64,000 nt of DNA from Phoronis australis (taxonomy: Eukaryota > Animalia > Phoronida): positions 438,280 to 502,279 of the forward strand of contig NMRA01000183.1 in the NCBI GenBank assembly GCA_002633005.1, read 5' to 3'. The notes beneath the pieces were generated by a model. That model was given only the letters and a program-made list of their open reading frames with translations. It had not been told where the DNA came from and ran no database searches. How positions within the stretch are numbered: position 1 is the stretch's first letter; every line of letters starts with the position of its first letter. Shown one piece after another: positions 1 to 12,800 of this stretch. Made by a program: the position numbers and the translations under genes.

Positions 1-233
1 GACAAGTTGCTGACAAAGGCTAGGGTACACTTTCCATGATCATTAATGAGCCGGATAACATCAGACAAGTTGCTTACAAAGGCTAGGGTACACTTTCCAT
101 GATCATGAATGAGCCGGATAACATCAGACAAGTTGCTGACCAAGGCTAGGGTACACTTTCCATGATCATGAATGAGCCGGATAACATCAGACAAGTTGCT
201 GACCAAGGCTAGGGTACACTTTCCATGATCATG
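1..233. repeat. 63-bp tandem repeat, about 3.7 copies (truncated by window edge)
   Basis: gacaagttgc... recurs at 1, 64, 127 and 190. Confidence 0.95.
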
Positions 234-721
234 ACTGCTCTTAATGTGTCTGTAGGTAACTAAAAAGGCCAATAGATGGATTGTAATGACTGCTACCGCT
301 GTCTTTGGTCAGAAGAAGGTTGGTTAAGCATGTTTGTTACTTCTCAATTCACAGCTGAAGGATGGCGAAACTAAATCGGATCGCTTTAAATTGCCAATTT
401 ATTAAACGAACGTCAACCGAGAACGTTCCTTGGGCTTCAATAAAATATCTAAAAATGTCTCCGCACAGCCAATATCCTTTAACAAATTTACCCTTCAATA
501 TTGTGAAACACTAACTTCACCAATAGAGCAAAGTATTTACAGTCGGTGTGAAGGTGCCCTCTGCAACCTCTGCTAGTTTATTTTATTCATGACCACGGTA
601 CTCAGCTTTCCATTGATACTACAGTGTACCTTGGGCTGAGTTACAAATCCTTCTGAGACAGGGACATGAATTTACATATTACCTGTTTCAACAAACCGAC
701 TGACTTATTCAAAATATGCAC

Positions 722-844
722 CTGTACATTTCCCATTGGACCTCATGTAACCTGGTAGACACTTGCACTCTTTCTTAACACTGTCGCAGTATTCGTTATC
801 TCCACATTTTGATCCTCCGTTGGTGCACACAACATCTGCGTAAG
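722..844 (-). CDS. Array A exon 18, 6-Cys module
   Basis: ttttccAG|..YADVVCTNGGSKCGDNEYCDSVKKECKCLPGYMRSNGKCT..G|GTGCAT; 123 nt. Confidence 0.85.
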
Positions 845-3800
845 CTGGAAAATAATTTATTGAATTCTTTTAACCATTTTGCTGAAAAAGTTATTATCAC
901 TTCTAGACATTGGCGCATAAAATTTCCCAATTCAAATTTCTTCTCTTGTTACACGATGTAGACGTGTTGCCCTTGGCAACAGATACCTACTGATATATCT
1001 CGTTTAGTTGCATTGAAAGTAATGACATAATATCAGTTATTTCAAAATAAAAGACCCCAGATCAACACATTCAATTAGAGACTTGGCTACACATGGCCAA
1101 TCCCAACCCCGCAATTTGAGCACAAACATACCACGTGATTTGTCGTGATCTAGAGAAAGCTTAAAAGGATCGTGCATGCAAACCAATAGCTCTGAAAATA
1201 TCCAAACATGAAAGTTCCATTTTGAGAATTCGATTTCAGTACTCAGATACCGACTCTTCAAGGCTATGATAGCAAAGGCTAGGCAAGTGAGAACATGCGA
1301 ATGTGTTGCCCTTAAAATGGACCTTTTTAAAATTGAAATGATATAAATGAGTTCTCCCTCTATTTTAAAATTCATTACAACTTAAATCTGGTCTCCCTTT
1401 TGCGTGCCAAAACATAACTTCCTACCGCGCACGTACCGGAAACAAAGAAACGACGAAAATACAGTCCTTTGCTTTAAGATTGTTGATGGTATATATATTT
1501 TTTTTTTGTATTTTGGAAATAAAACCGCAACCCATGCCAAATGATGTCGTAAAGATTTCGCAAGCTATTAACTTGCGAGATCCATGCGACGGACGAAAGC
1601 GCGTCGCATGGTTACAGCCTATGGGATGCCACCATTGTTTTCCTTGGTTGCGACTTTATTGCATATAACAATACAAGTCGCACGGATATCATGACTTTGG
1701 CGCCCATCAGCCGGTTACTGAAAAATACTTTCCATTATTTTTATTATAAGAAACAAAAACAATAGATACGCCTATTTATCGACATCTATGCGACGAGCTT
1801 GCGCCCTAGTTTTCCGCGGGAGCTTATGATGCTCATTTTTAAAATGGAACGAATAGTTTGATGTCGGCTGCATGCAAGGGTGCTGTCTTTAAAAGAATGC
1901 TTAACCTGCCAGATTGGATCCAGTATGCTTCAGGGCACAATTCCATCACCGACATAGACAGCAAGCTATCTGCATGCAGGCTAGCATGAAAATGAAGCTA
2001 GTGAACGATGCGCGTAAATCTTATACACCCGTATAAACGCTAAGGTATAACAGCGCCAGAGTTATCTTGCTCATCACCTCGTCATGGAAATGCTTTCAAC
2101 ATGAAGAACTCGTGAGCGATCAAAGTGTGAGAATCAACCGACTCTCGGAGTTTACCCGACTCTCACCTTACCATTGCAGCCATTTAAGGGAAAAACAACC
2201 TGACGAATGTAATGACACCACAGTCGTCAACGTGCACACAAAATGCTTTCAGAAACACCGAAAACAAAGAGAAATGCGCCACCTTCTACAGTCACGACAT
2301 CACTACTGCACTGACAGTAATTTCAAAGCCGCAAACATAACCAACGTTGCTATCATAAAACCGCTGACGCAATACCCGCAATTAGATGGATTGCACATGC
2401 TCGACCGACGCACCTACCAGGTTTGCGTTCCGTAGACCTAGTTTGTCGCTCGGATACACTGGTCAGCACTAAAAATAACGAAAATTAGGCTTTGTTCAAG
2501 ACATTTGGTAAGTGTCCACTAGCAATTTGAACGTGATGTTTTTGTTCAAGCCACTCTGCGGGTGTAGAAAAACAACTTAACCCGGTGGCAGGCCGCAGGG
2601 TCTTATTTTTCCAGGAAAAACAAGACAATCACTGACACATTTCCAGTTCATGTCTTATGATGCATTTTATGTGTTCGCCAAACTTTTCATCACGGTCAGA
2701 TTGCACATCGTGTTTAAGCAGGCTACATATGTATGTCAACCAGTCAACCAAACACAGAAGCCTGACGGGGGGACTGTTCCAGCGATGTGGACGTGCATCT
2801 GAGATGGGTGCCATTTTTGTCAGCTTTTGGTCACATTTTCACCTTTTTGGATTAAGTGGGTTATGAAATCACTTCTTCGCTTGATATGTGTTTCGATATG
2901 TCAATTATCTGCACGGTATGAATATTGACTTGATCGTAAAGTGATTAAACATATGAATTACTTAGACGTTTTCATGATGAGGTATGAGTCATGGGTCATG
3001 GTTTAATCCTCTTTCAATAGATATAGAGATGGGTCACACGTATTACTATACGTATCATTAAAGATCGAATTTTCATAGTTATAGCAAGCAATGTGGCATT
3101 GTTCTAGTATTTTTGTTAATTTTGGCTATGTATAAATAACACCCAGATTACAAACCCCAGCTAAATGACTTATTCCCGTTGTGCCCAGGCTTGTGTAAAC
3201 GAGCTAAACCACCTATCCTCTAGTAGAACTGTCCATGGGAACTGGATTAAACCCCATGTTGGCCTTGACGGTAACAAAGCTGTTGACAACCTTGCAAAAG
3301 AAGGAGGAAGTGCACCATGTTTTGTACCAGAACCTTGCATACCAGTTGCCTATAGGTGCTGTAGAGCAAAGGTAAGACACTGGGTCCGCAAATTGTTTGT
3401 GGATGCATGGAGAAAGCTCTCTGCCTGCAGACAAACCAAACAACTTTTTCCAAGTCCTATTGAACCAAAATATAGACTTGCTTTAAGGCAGCTGATCCAG
3501 GTTATTACTGGACACTGCAACCTAGCTCGGCACCGTGACTTCACAGGCCACACGGCATGTTTACTTTGTCCCAACTGTGACTTGGAACCCGAGACTCCTC
3601 AACATCTGGTAGAGATATGCCTGCCTACAATAGACACCGTAAACTACTACTTGATGGACACATAACCCGCCGGTTAACATTGTTAGTTCATACAGGTTTA
3701 ATAGTTTTTCTGTCTTTCTGAAACATACAGATTGGAAGATTTTACACATGAGAAATCCAATGATGTCGTGTCCCCATGAGTCATAATCAGGTGATTAGTG

Positions 3801-6800
3801 TAATGGGCCTGGCCTTGTGGCCTAAACAAGCTTGGTGTAGCGAAAAAGGCTTCAGACTATCTGCACTTCTTTTTTTAAATGGCTTACTCCGAAAACGATG
3901 AAGGTACATTTTAAACTGCATTTTGTTGCTTTCGAATAGGCGTAGCTGCTTGGAGTAGGAATTAAATGGCTTTCTCTAAAGACGATGAAGGTATATTTTA
4001 AGCTGCATTTTGGTCCTTCCAAATAGACGTAGCTGATTGGAGGAGGGAACACATGACATAACTTTGCCTCATCCTCACCGCCATCACTCTCTACTGTGCC
4101 ATCTACTCTCCGTCCACCTTCCTTCGTGCCCTTTCCATAGTTTTCCATTGCATTCTTTACTGTCAGATTTGTTTTGTTTTGCCGGAACTTTCCCTTTTGT
4201 CAGGATATGAACCCCTGCTAAAATGCTTATGCAGTCACTGTCAGTTAAACCCTAAGTCGACACGAAAAGCGATTGACATTTGAATGCCCGCTGAATCGAG
4301 AAATATAGCTGGCAAACGGTCACGTCAAGAAGTTATGGGGGGGCATGTAGACATTGTCTATCTGTCATTTTAAACTGTTAACCGAAGCCCTATGGGTCTA
4401 AAATCATTTCTACGCTCATTCGACCTAGAATGGTTGAAAAATCTACCGGTAACTCATAGAAAAAGCAATGCCTGCATACATCATGTTTTGCAATTTTAAG
4501 GTTCGCCAGCCTTAATAAACTGTGAGACGTTTTTGAGTCGCTGAGAATTTCGATGTTTTGCTTTCGTTTGGTTCAGGAAAAGCCTCATGGGTTTATCAGG
4601 ATAACGCACCATACTGCACTACATGCCTTCAGTGTCCATGTCCAGATGATTGCTTGGTGTCAGCACAAGTGACCAAATGAAACACTTCCTTTAAATGACA
4701 GTAGCTTCCATTTTTTATGTTTATAAATACCTCAACAAAAGTTTGTAAGTTTGTGTTCAATCGTCCGTGTTTTCATTGCTTTTGGTTCATTTAAATTGTG
4801 TTGCATAACAATGGAACACTCAGTCATTCCCCTTTCCAACAATCCCACATATTGACAATAAATGTTTGATATGCTCAGCAATTTTGCTGTCAAAGTGAAT
4901 GTTGCAAAATTCCCTGTTTTGCCAAACGGTGGCACCACCTGTGATGTGCTGGTGATTAACACTGGGGGGTAAACACCAAATTTTTGAGACATTGATTGAT
5001 AGCATGGAACTCCTCCTATTAGCAAGATGACTGTGAATGGCAATTATGCAATGTGCACTGGAGTGCCCAGTTGGCAGGTTTCCCGTGAAAATATGGTGTT
5101 CTGGCTCCAAATGGAATGGCCCGTATTCAGCCCAGACTTGAAATCTATAGAACACTTGTGGGACCACCTCAATAGCGCTGAACGTGTGCGAGTGACCAAC
5201 ACAACCACTGTGGCTGATTTAAAGCGCTTACTGACTCAGGAATGAAATCCCATCACACAGCAACATCACGCGAAGAAGGTGTGTCGCTGCTGTGACTGTG
5301 AATGGTTCCTAAACCTGATACTTAGAAAATTATCGCTGCTGCCAGATTATCACCGTTGTCTATTAGTTGTTCAATAAATAAAGTGTTTAAATGTTGCCAA
5401 ATTGTCACAATTTTTATCATGGACCCAGCAATGTATCTGTTATTGAAAATGCTGAATGCTCCAACTTGTATGCACACTTAACTCCAACTGAATTTGCAAC
5501 ATTCCATTTGATATCAAGCTCTGTTTGGCAGCAAATTTACTGATTAAAATAAATATTTATTCAAGGAATGTGGTATTGTTAGAAAGGGGAATGATTGGCA
5601 TGCAATGTGATTTAATTAAACAAAAAATAATAAAAACACGGGCGAGTGAACACAAATTTCCAAACTTTTATTGAGGTGTTTACTTTAACCGCCGGAAGGC
5701 TCCCATTTTTTTACTGAAGAGAGTGTTGTTTTAAAGGCATTAAGCTTACGTCAGATTTTATTTGTTTCATATTTAAACCCATATCGTTCCACGGGTGTAG
5801 AGGTATGTATTATATTATTTCAACCCACATCGCCCCATGGGTGTTCACGTATGTATAATATTATTTCAACAGATTGTGCAGTTATAACCCAATATCACGG
5901 TTATGATGTTTACGATAACACTGTTCCTTTGTTAGTATCTTGTTTTCTTGAACTTTGTTATCAATCATTATTCAAACTTCCATTTTACGGTCACCATGTT
6001 ACCCATCTCCAAATTTTTTAAGCCTTCTCATCTCATCCGTATTCTGACATCATATTTGTTTTTAAATAACTATAAAATATAAACCAACAAGTGAATGCAA
6101 ACCTGAATATAGCCATCGCAGTGTCCACCGTCACGCAATTGTAAAAAAGGTGTTTTCAAGGAGGACTAAAATATTCAGGAGGCATAGCTTTTAAACAGAG
6201 CTGAAGGGTCATTGGAGGTCTTTTCAACGACTGGTGAAATGGACACATACAAAAAGGATTGGGAGGAAAACTCTTGTTGAGTGTTACTGCTTCCCAAGTC
6301 TTCCCGGTTGTACTTCCCCTCTGTCTCTAGCAACGACTAATCAAATCGCCTGCCATCTTGTAATCCCACTTCTTGACCTAACGACGTCATGTAGTGACCC
6401 GAATGCCAGCCAATCCGCCAAGCGAATGCTTCAGTTCAAGAGCCCACAAAAATGCAAACTGGCGGAGTGGTAAGCGGACAGTAAAAATTCGAATCTTCGA
6501 ACGAATAAGTTCTTTCGAGGAGCTTGATCCGTGCAATTATATTCGCTGCATTATTTCTGCGGATAAATGTGTTCACGCGATCGTAATTTCGACCTACATG
6601 TATGCAGGTTAATATTTGATGTTCAATTCGAGTGTGATATGCATGACATATAATGCTACGCTTTAAATTTACGGACTTCCAACCCTACTTAATATAGGGT
6701 AGGGTGACCGACTAAAATATTCACTTACTTTCACTACATGTCACTTGCCCGACTTAACCGCCTGCACACTGAGCGAGCTAACACCAGCTTGCGATATAAA

Positions 6801-9800
6801 CAAACAGCTTTTTCCAATTATTTGCATTAAACACGACAATTGAATATGTATTATGGAAAACATGACATCTTCCCCAAAGTATAATCGACCGCTCCTTTGT
6901 CCATTCCGAAAAAACTAGCACGTGACTGAGCTAAAGAATGATTGACATCTTATCAAAACCTCAAATATATCCTACTCCTGAGAATTACTGGGAGGGATAA
7001 ATTACATAATAAAACAATTATCGGATCCGCCCCGGTCATTGCCACATTTTTGGGTTCTGAAAGCAAACATTCTGACATCAATGAAAGTCAAATCATTTGT
7101 TTATGAAGAAATCATAACACTTCAGGACGGGACAGACTAAAGTTATTAGTTTTGATATGAGCTATAAAATAGCAAAAGAGGCATATGCGATTCTGATTGT
7201 TTAACAAATACACAATTCTCGCCTCTGTCACTGGAACAGTCTCTCAAGACAGAGCCAGTTCTAAAAAATGCGCTTACAACACCCTTACATTTATCGCTTG
7301 GGGATTAGTTGCTCGAGTAAAGATGACATTAACAGTTGAATTCCGTTGGAGATGGTCTCAGAATACAATTTTCTTCCCGATAAAGTTATCTAAAATATAC
7401 ACTTTATCAATGGCATAAAGTTGATAGCAAGGTTGCACAACATCCTAATTCGTCGTGACCACGGTCTTACCTTCACATTTCCCTTGATGCAAAACGAACC
7501 CCACGTTACATTTGCAGGTTTTAGAGCTGGTGTCGCACCTTGCATTCGGAAAACATTTGGTGCCTCCAAGCGAGCACGGCACTTGGCCTATTGCTGGAAT
7601 ATGGAGCCAAGAACACGTCTGTGACGTAACTTAAAATGGTCACAACTACTAAGTAATGGAAGTGAAAAATACGAAGCGCTTTACTCGCTAATGTTGTTTA
7701 CTAAATACAGCAGGTGGCTAAAATAAATCTACAAAATAGTAATGCATGCTTACATGGTTCAACCATGGTTTATACAGAAAAAATCAGCATTACAACAGAT
7801 TACAAATACATGCACGAGGTGTTCCTAGAAAGACTGCGTGCAACTTCGCTTTGTTTTATACAAGAACATCTTTCGATTATCGTTCACTCTAGGCCACTTA
7901 CCTTCGCAGGCTTTGCTGACTGTGTTACATATTTGGCCTAATGGACATTCGCTGCCGCCCCACTTGCAGGCCACAGATTCTTTCGCTTAAATGATATTGT
8001 ACAGTCTACATCATACATTGCATATCATGGGAAATACGTGGAGGTAGCATTGGGGCAGATTTTCCCTTTCGTATGAATCCACTGTATCCAAAATGGAAGG
8101 GAATTTGGTAGTAGGACGTGTACAAACTAAATGTTATAGAACTGCTTATATCATGTAATTTATCAATATTCTGTGCACCGTGGGAATATACATTATACTT
8201 CCTTATTCTTACCCTTCATGTCTTGTGAAGGTCAGGGACAAGCAGGCTCGAAAACTGCGTGGGACGTTTAAATTTCTTTTTTCCAATGTCACGCGTGATA
8301 GCCTTGACATTAGGCTGACGTCAGGACATTAGAGGCATTTATTTAAATATCACAAATTAGGTGTAACATAGAATCACTTAAACGTAGTCGTCAGCATGGT
8401 ATCACAGAAGTCGCTAAAACCCAAAATACCAATAATATCGCTTAATTACATCTCCAAATTAACTAGAGTAAGACAATGTAGTACTGAATCGTGTACGGTA
8501 TAACAGAAACACGACCCAAAAACACTCACGTAATGCTTGCTGGTTTGGCATTAAATAAAATGTGTAGGATGGGAAAGGGAATAGCATGAACGCTGATAGA
8601 CAAATACAGTGTATCTACAGACTGTGGGAGAAAGTGGTATGAATAGCTTTTGTTAGAATTACAAATACTGTTTGAAATGGCACAGGTTTAAACATAGAAA
8701 TCAGTAAAGTCTTTTTGACAGTCTTTAAAAAAACAGGAGCAGGAGTCAATTGACGATTTTACAGAGAGTAAATCAACCGAGGAGGAGGGAGATAAGAGCT
8801 CGGGTACTATTTGCATTAGTTTGGGGAATTGGAATCATGGAGTGAGTGGTGGGTTTCTGTAAAGTCAATTACACATGTAGATGTATGGGTATTCGGACTG
8901 TTCTTAGTTCAGCAGACGCTTATGGTGTGATTTATTACGAATTTTAAAGGATGAGAAAGTATACATTGTAGACCTCACAATAACAGTGTTAGTGTATTTA
9001 ATAAACGATTCCGTGTGAATATAAAATCAGGGATTGTTTATTATTTTTTGCTAAATTCTGCAGTATTTTGAGATTTGTCAGTTATTGAAACACCACGTGG
9101 TAACCGAATAAGACAAATGTGGAAATATAAGTGCATCATTATGTAAAAGCACGTTCTTCCGTGGTAATATTTAAAGCGTGAAAGACATTTGAGTACTTGT
9201 GTGTCACCTCATGAAGGCGTTTATTCCAAGACAAGAGGAACTCTGAAAGGGTTCACGGAACTTATATGTTTCGGTGTGTGTTACTTTCTTGCTATTTGTG
9301 TGGATTTGTGATGTTTGTCGTTGGATATAAGGGTTGTGAAAAGGTTTATAATTGGACTTGGCGGTGCTTAGAGTCAATGTATTCCCAATGAACTAGTCGC
9401 TCAGGGGAAATAACTGGTTGTCAAAGTATTCAGATGTTGTTTTTGTATTTTCGTGACATTTTCTGACAATCAGACGTGTGTCGCCAGCGTACACTAGGAT
9501 GTTTAGTGACTTGGAATAGTACGTGTCGATAGTACATAAGAAAAAGAGGAGTAGACCAAAAATCAAACTTTGGAGAACACCAGTTGAGATATTAATTGGC
9601 AAGGAAGGGATGTTTTCCATAATAACAAATTGTTTTCTGCCCACCAGGTAGCTAGCAAACCTGTTTTGTTCATTTTGAGGCCAGGGTAGTTCAATTTTGT
9701 TATAATGCACTGTGATGGACAAGATCAAATTTAAGGCTTTGATAGGTCGACAGTGACATGATGTTTTGTTTTAATGAGGTATAAGTAGTTGTGTGTGAAT

Positions 9801-12800
9801 TCTAAAAACCCAAGTTCAATGGAACGCTTATGACAAAGATGCCTCACTGGTGTTCATACAGAAGACTGTGTGAAGAAAGGTTAGGAATATAGTAAGTAGG
9901 AATATGGTTGATCGTGTAGAATTTTTAAGACAGGCAGTACTGAAATTGGTTTGTAGATTTATAAATCTTCCTCATCGACATCAATGTTTTTGAGTATTAA
10001 ATAAAACAGGTTTTTAATTTTTGAATTGTTCCGGTAAAACTTAACTTGCAAAATGATTTGTAAACGGCAGTGGATAAGAGTTTTGCCAATTCAAAACAAC
10101 TCGATTTCACTGATTTATTGTGATATCATTGTTTCCATAAATTCATTCCGCCTTCAAAATTTGGCAATGTTTTCCTGGTGATCAGGTGTTTGAAGACGAT
10201 TCAATAGAAGTTTTTTGTGACTGGTCCAACTCGGAAAAGATACCTCCTTTAGTGTTTGTAAAATAATAGCCAAGTGCATTGGCTATGTCAGTCTTATAGC
10301 TAAGTTTATTGTCATATCCTAAGTCAACTGATTGCAGGTTTCTGTTTCATGAAAAGTGACTGAAGAGTATAAACAAAATTTTGTCCTTATGCCCACACAA
10401 CAAGCTCCGAAGAAATAATTCAATTTCATTTGAGGAGATGTTCCCGACTACTGCTTGTTACTTATAGACTGTGATGCACTTATTATCGCTGGGATAAACC
10501 TTTGAAGGGGGAGCGTAGGATTAAATTTCAGTCCTCAGTTTTATGATACTTTCAAGAAACAGAACCAGAAAGGAGAAACGTGGATAATGTTGTTTGCCAT
10601 TTGTTGGAGGAGTTATCTCTGTTCTTTCATTATGGTGATGAAGTGGTGATTTTTCTTGATGTAGTCTGGTTAGGCATATTAGAGACAGAGTTTAGACGCT
10701 TGTAAATTACGTTTACCACGATAGATAAGCAATACCAGTATACCATTTGTTATCCATGTGTTTTGCTTTTGGATTGAATTTGTGAACTTATGAAGCTATA
10801 AGTGGAAGGGATGTATCCTTTAGAACAATTATTGCTCGTAAAAATCTGATAACTATCAGGTGTATAATTTGTCTCTTTAAAAGTTTATTTGTCAGTTCAG
10901 CGTTGATGCTCAGAAACCGACGACAGAGAAAATTTCCACTTTTGTCAAGTGTTCAGAATTTATCTGGACAGTAAGAGCTGCAGAAGGGATGGTATGCATT
11001 GCAGGATTAGTAAATTTAGTAAGTGAAACCGTTCGGTCGAAATATTGGTATTTTGTTGTTTACAAGCTGGGATCGCTTTAAAAGGTTCTTCAAACATATA
11101 GCTTTTAAGTTATGCGTTTTTCAATCACAGTGTCCAAAGCTCCTAGACCAGATTATGGACAGCAATTGGAAATTAATAATATTGTGACCCATTTGATTAA
11201 TAATGAAATATTTCCCGCTGTGATGGTAGATGGGTGAAATGTAGAAACGCCACCTCCCGGGCAATTGCTATTCATCTCCACTTGTAAATGTCAAATAAAG
11301 CTTAAGTATCGTTAATTTCTAAATTACCTAAGCAAAGGTTCATCAGTTTGATAAAGCCAGAGTCGCAGTTGCAAACACGTTGTGCCGTATCACATTGTCC
11401 ATTTGTTGTACATTTTGTCCCTCCAAACTCGCAAGGGACATCCTTTTCGGCTGTAAGTATAAAAACAAATATATATCGTCCAGGAAAGAGGTTGCATTTT
11501 CAGTAAGCTGCAACGTACTAACTGGTAATAAAAGCAGCGTCATGCAATGGCTTGTGAAGTTTCAGCATGTCCTCTAATACTATCACAGGCATAAGAAAGC
11601 CCCCAGTCATAAAGCTGAGGGTCAGTGCCCCATAGGGACGCAGTGTGGAACTAAAAATTCACTTGTCTTCCCGGCATAAGCGTTGGGTAAGGGGCAGGGG
11701 AGAAAGATACAGCAGAACTTGTTAAATTGGAACAGTTTAGATAACATTTGTCAACTACCAATGCTTGATTTATCATTTGGGGAACCCAACCTTGTGTGCC
11801 TTAAATTATTATAATGTGTTGTCATGCAGTGGCCCACCATATCAAGGTTATTTTCTTTACACGTTTATTGTGTCTACGAACATCATCTGCTTATATTCAA
11901 CAAGCTATTTTGCAACGCCCCATGGACGTAGTAAAATAAAATTTCTCCAAACTGTGGTCTTGACTTGATGTCTTATCTCCATTCTCGGAGAAAGACGATA
12001 ACAAACTGCAGTTTTTACCCATCTCGAAGTGAAGCAGTTTCACCCCGTATTTTCCAGCTTGGTTAGAGGTTTTGTATATTATTATATACCCCTGGCCAAT
12101 ACCATGTTAAATGTCAAATTCATACCCTAAACAAGTAGCGGCAGGTTCAAAGTGTGAAGCACGAGAACCCAAGTTTCTGATGACTTCCGCCGCGTGATTT
12201 GCCATCTGAGACAGTAACGTCTGCACGCCTGGGGCGAGCGGGTGTGACATTGGCGATAGGAAGTCATAAGATTTTGGGACCAAACGAGAGAAACATTTTG
12301 GAAAAATCGCATAACTTTGTGCACATAAATTCCCCTCCCCAACAACGTTTACCTTCATAGGGGCCTGCTAAAGCGGGGGAGTAGGTAAATTATTTGTTGT
12401 AGTATAATTTGGGAGGGGGTGCTGAGAAGCAGGTAAACTGGCTGGCGTACTGGAGATAGAGGCGACTAAAAGTGATATCAACCTCGTGGCACAACTGGGT
12501 TCAGGCCGGAGGCAAATCTGGAATTTAACCGGGAGAAAGGTTAAGTTCGCATTGTTGCTATTTAGTTTTAAGCTTTCATGCTACCTAATAATGAGTCCGG
12601 GATCGATAATTCAACACGGTCACAGCGTCTTCCATAAGGACCCCACACTATGCTACACTTGTCGGTATAGCTGCGCTAACTATTCATTTTCAGAACCAAC
12701 CAAAAGTTTGCATGGATTCACCGCCCTTGCTAAGATCACGATGCGAGTGAGATTCATTGGAGGTCCAAACTCCAATTAAGGATCTGAAGATGGGAAACTA

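Noticed and set aside
6070-6145. Module-like relic RDGGHCDGYIQVCI
   Set aside because: Needs a frameshift, a large deletion and a dead acceptor; too weak without a profile score.
8050-8130. Module-like fragments PTTK and GFIRKGK
   Set aside because: Fragments are in different frames with no Cys pattern; likely chance.
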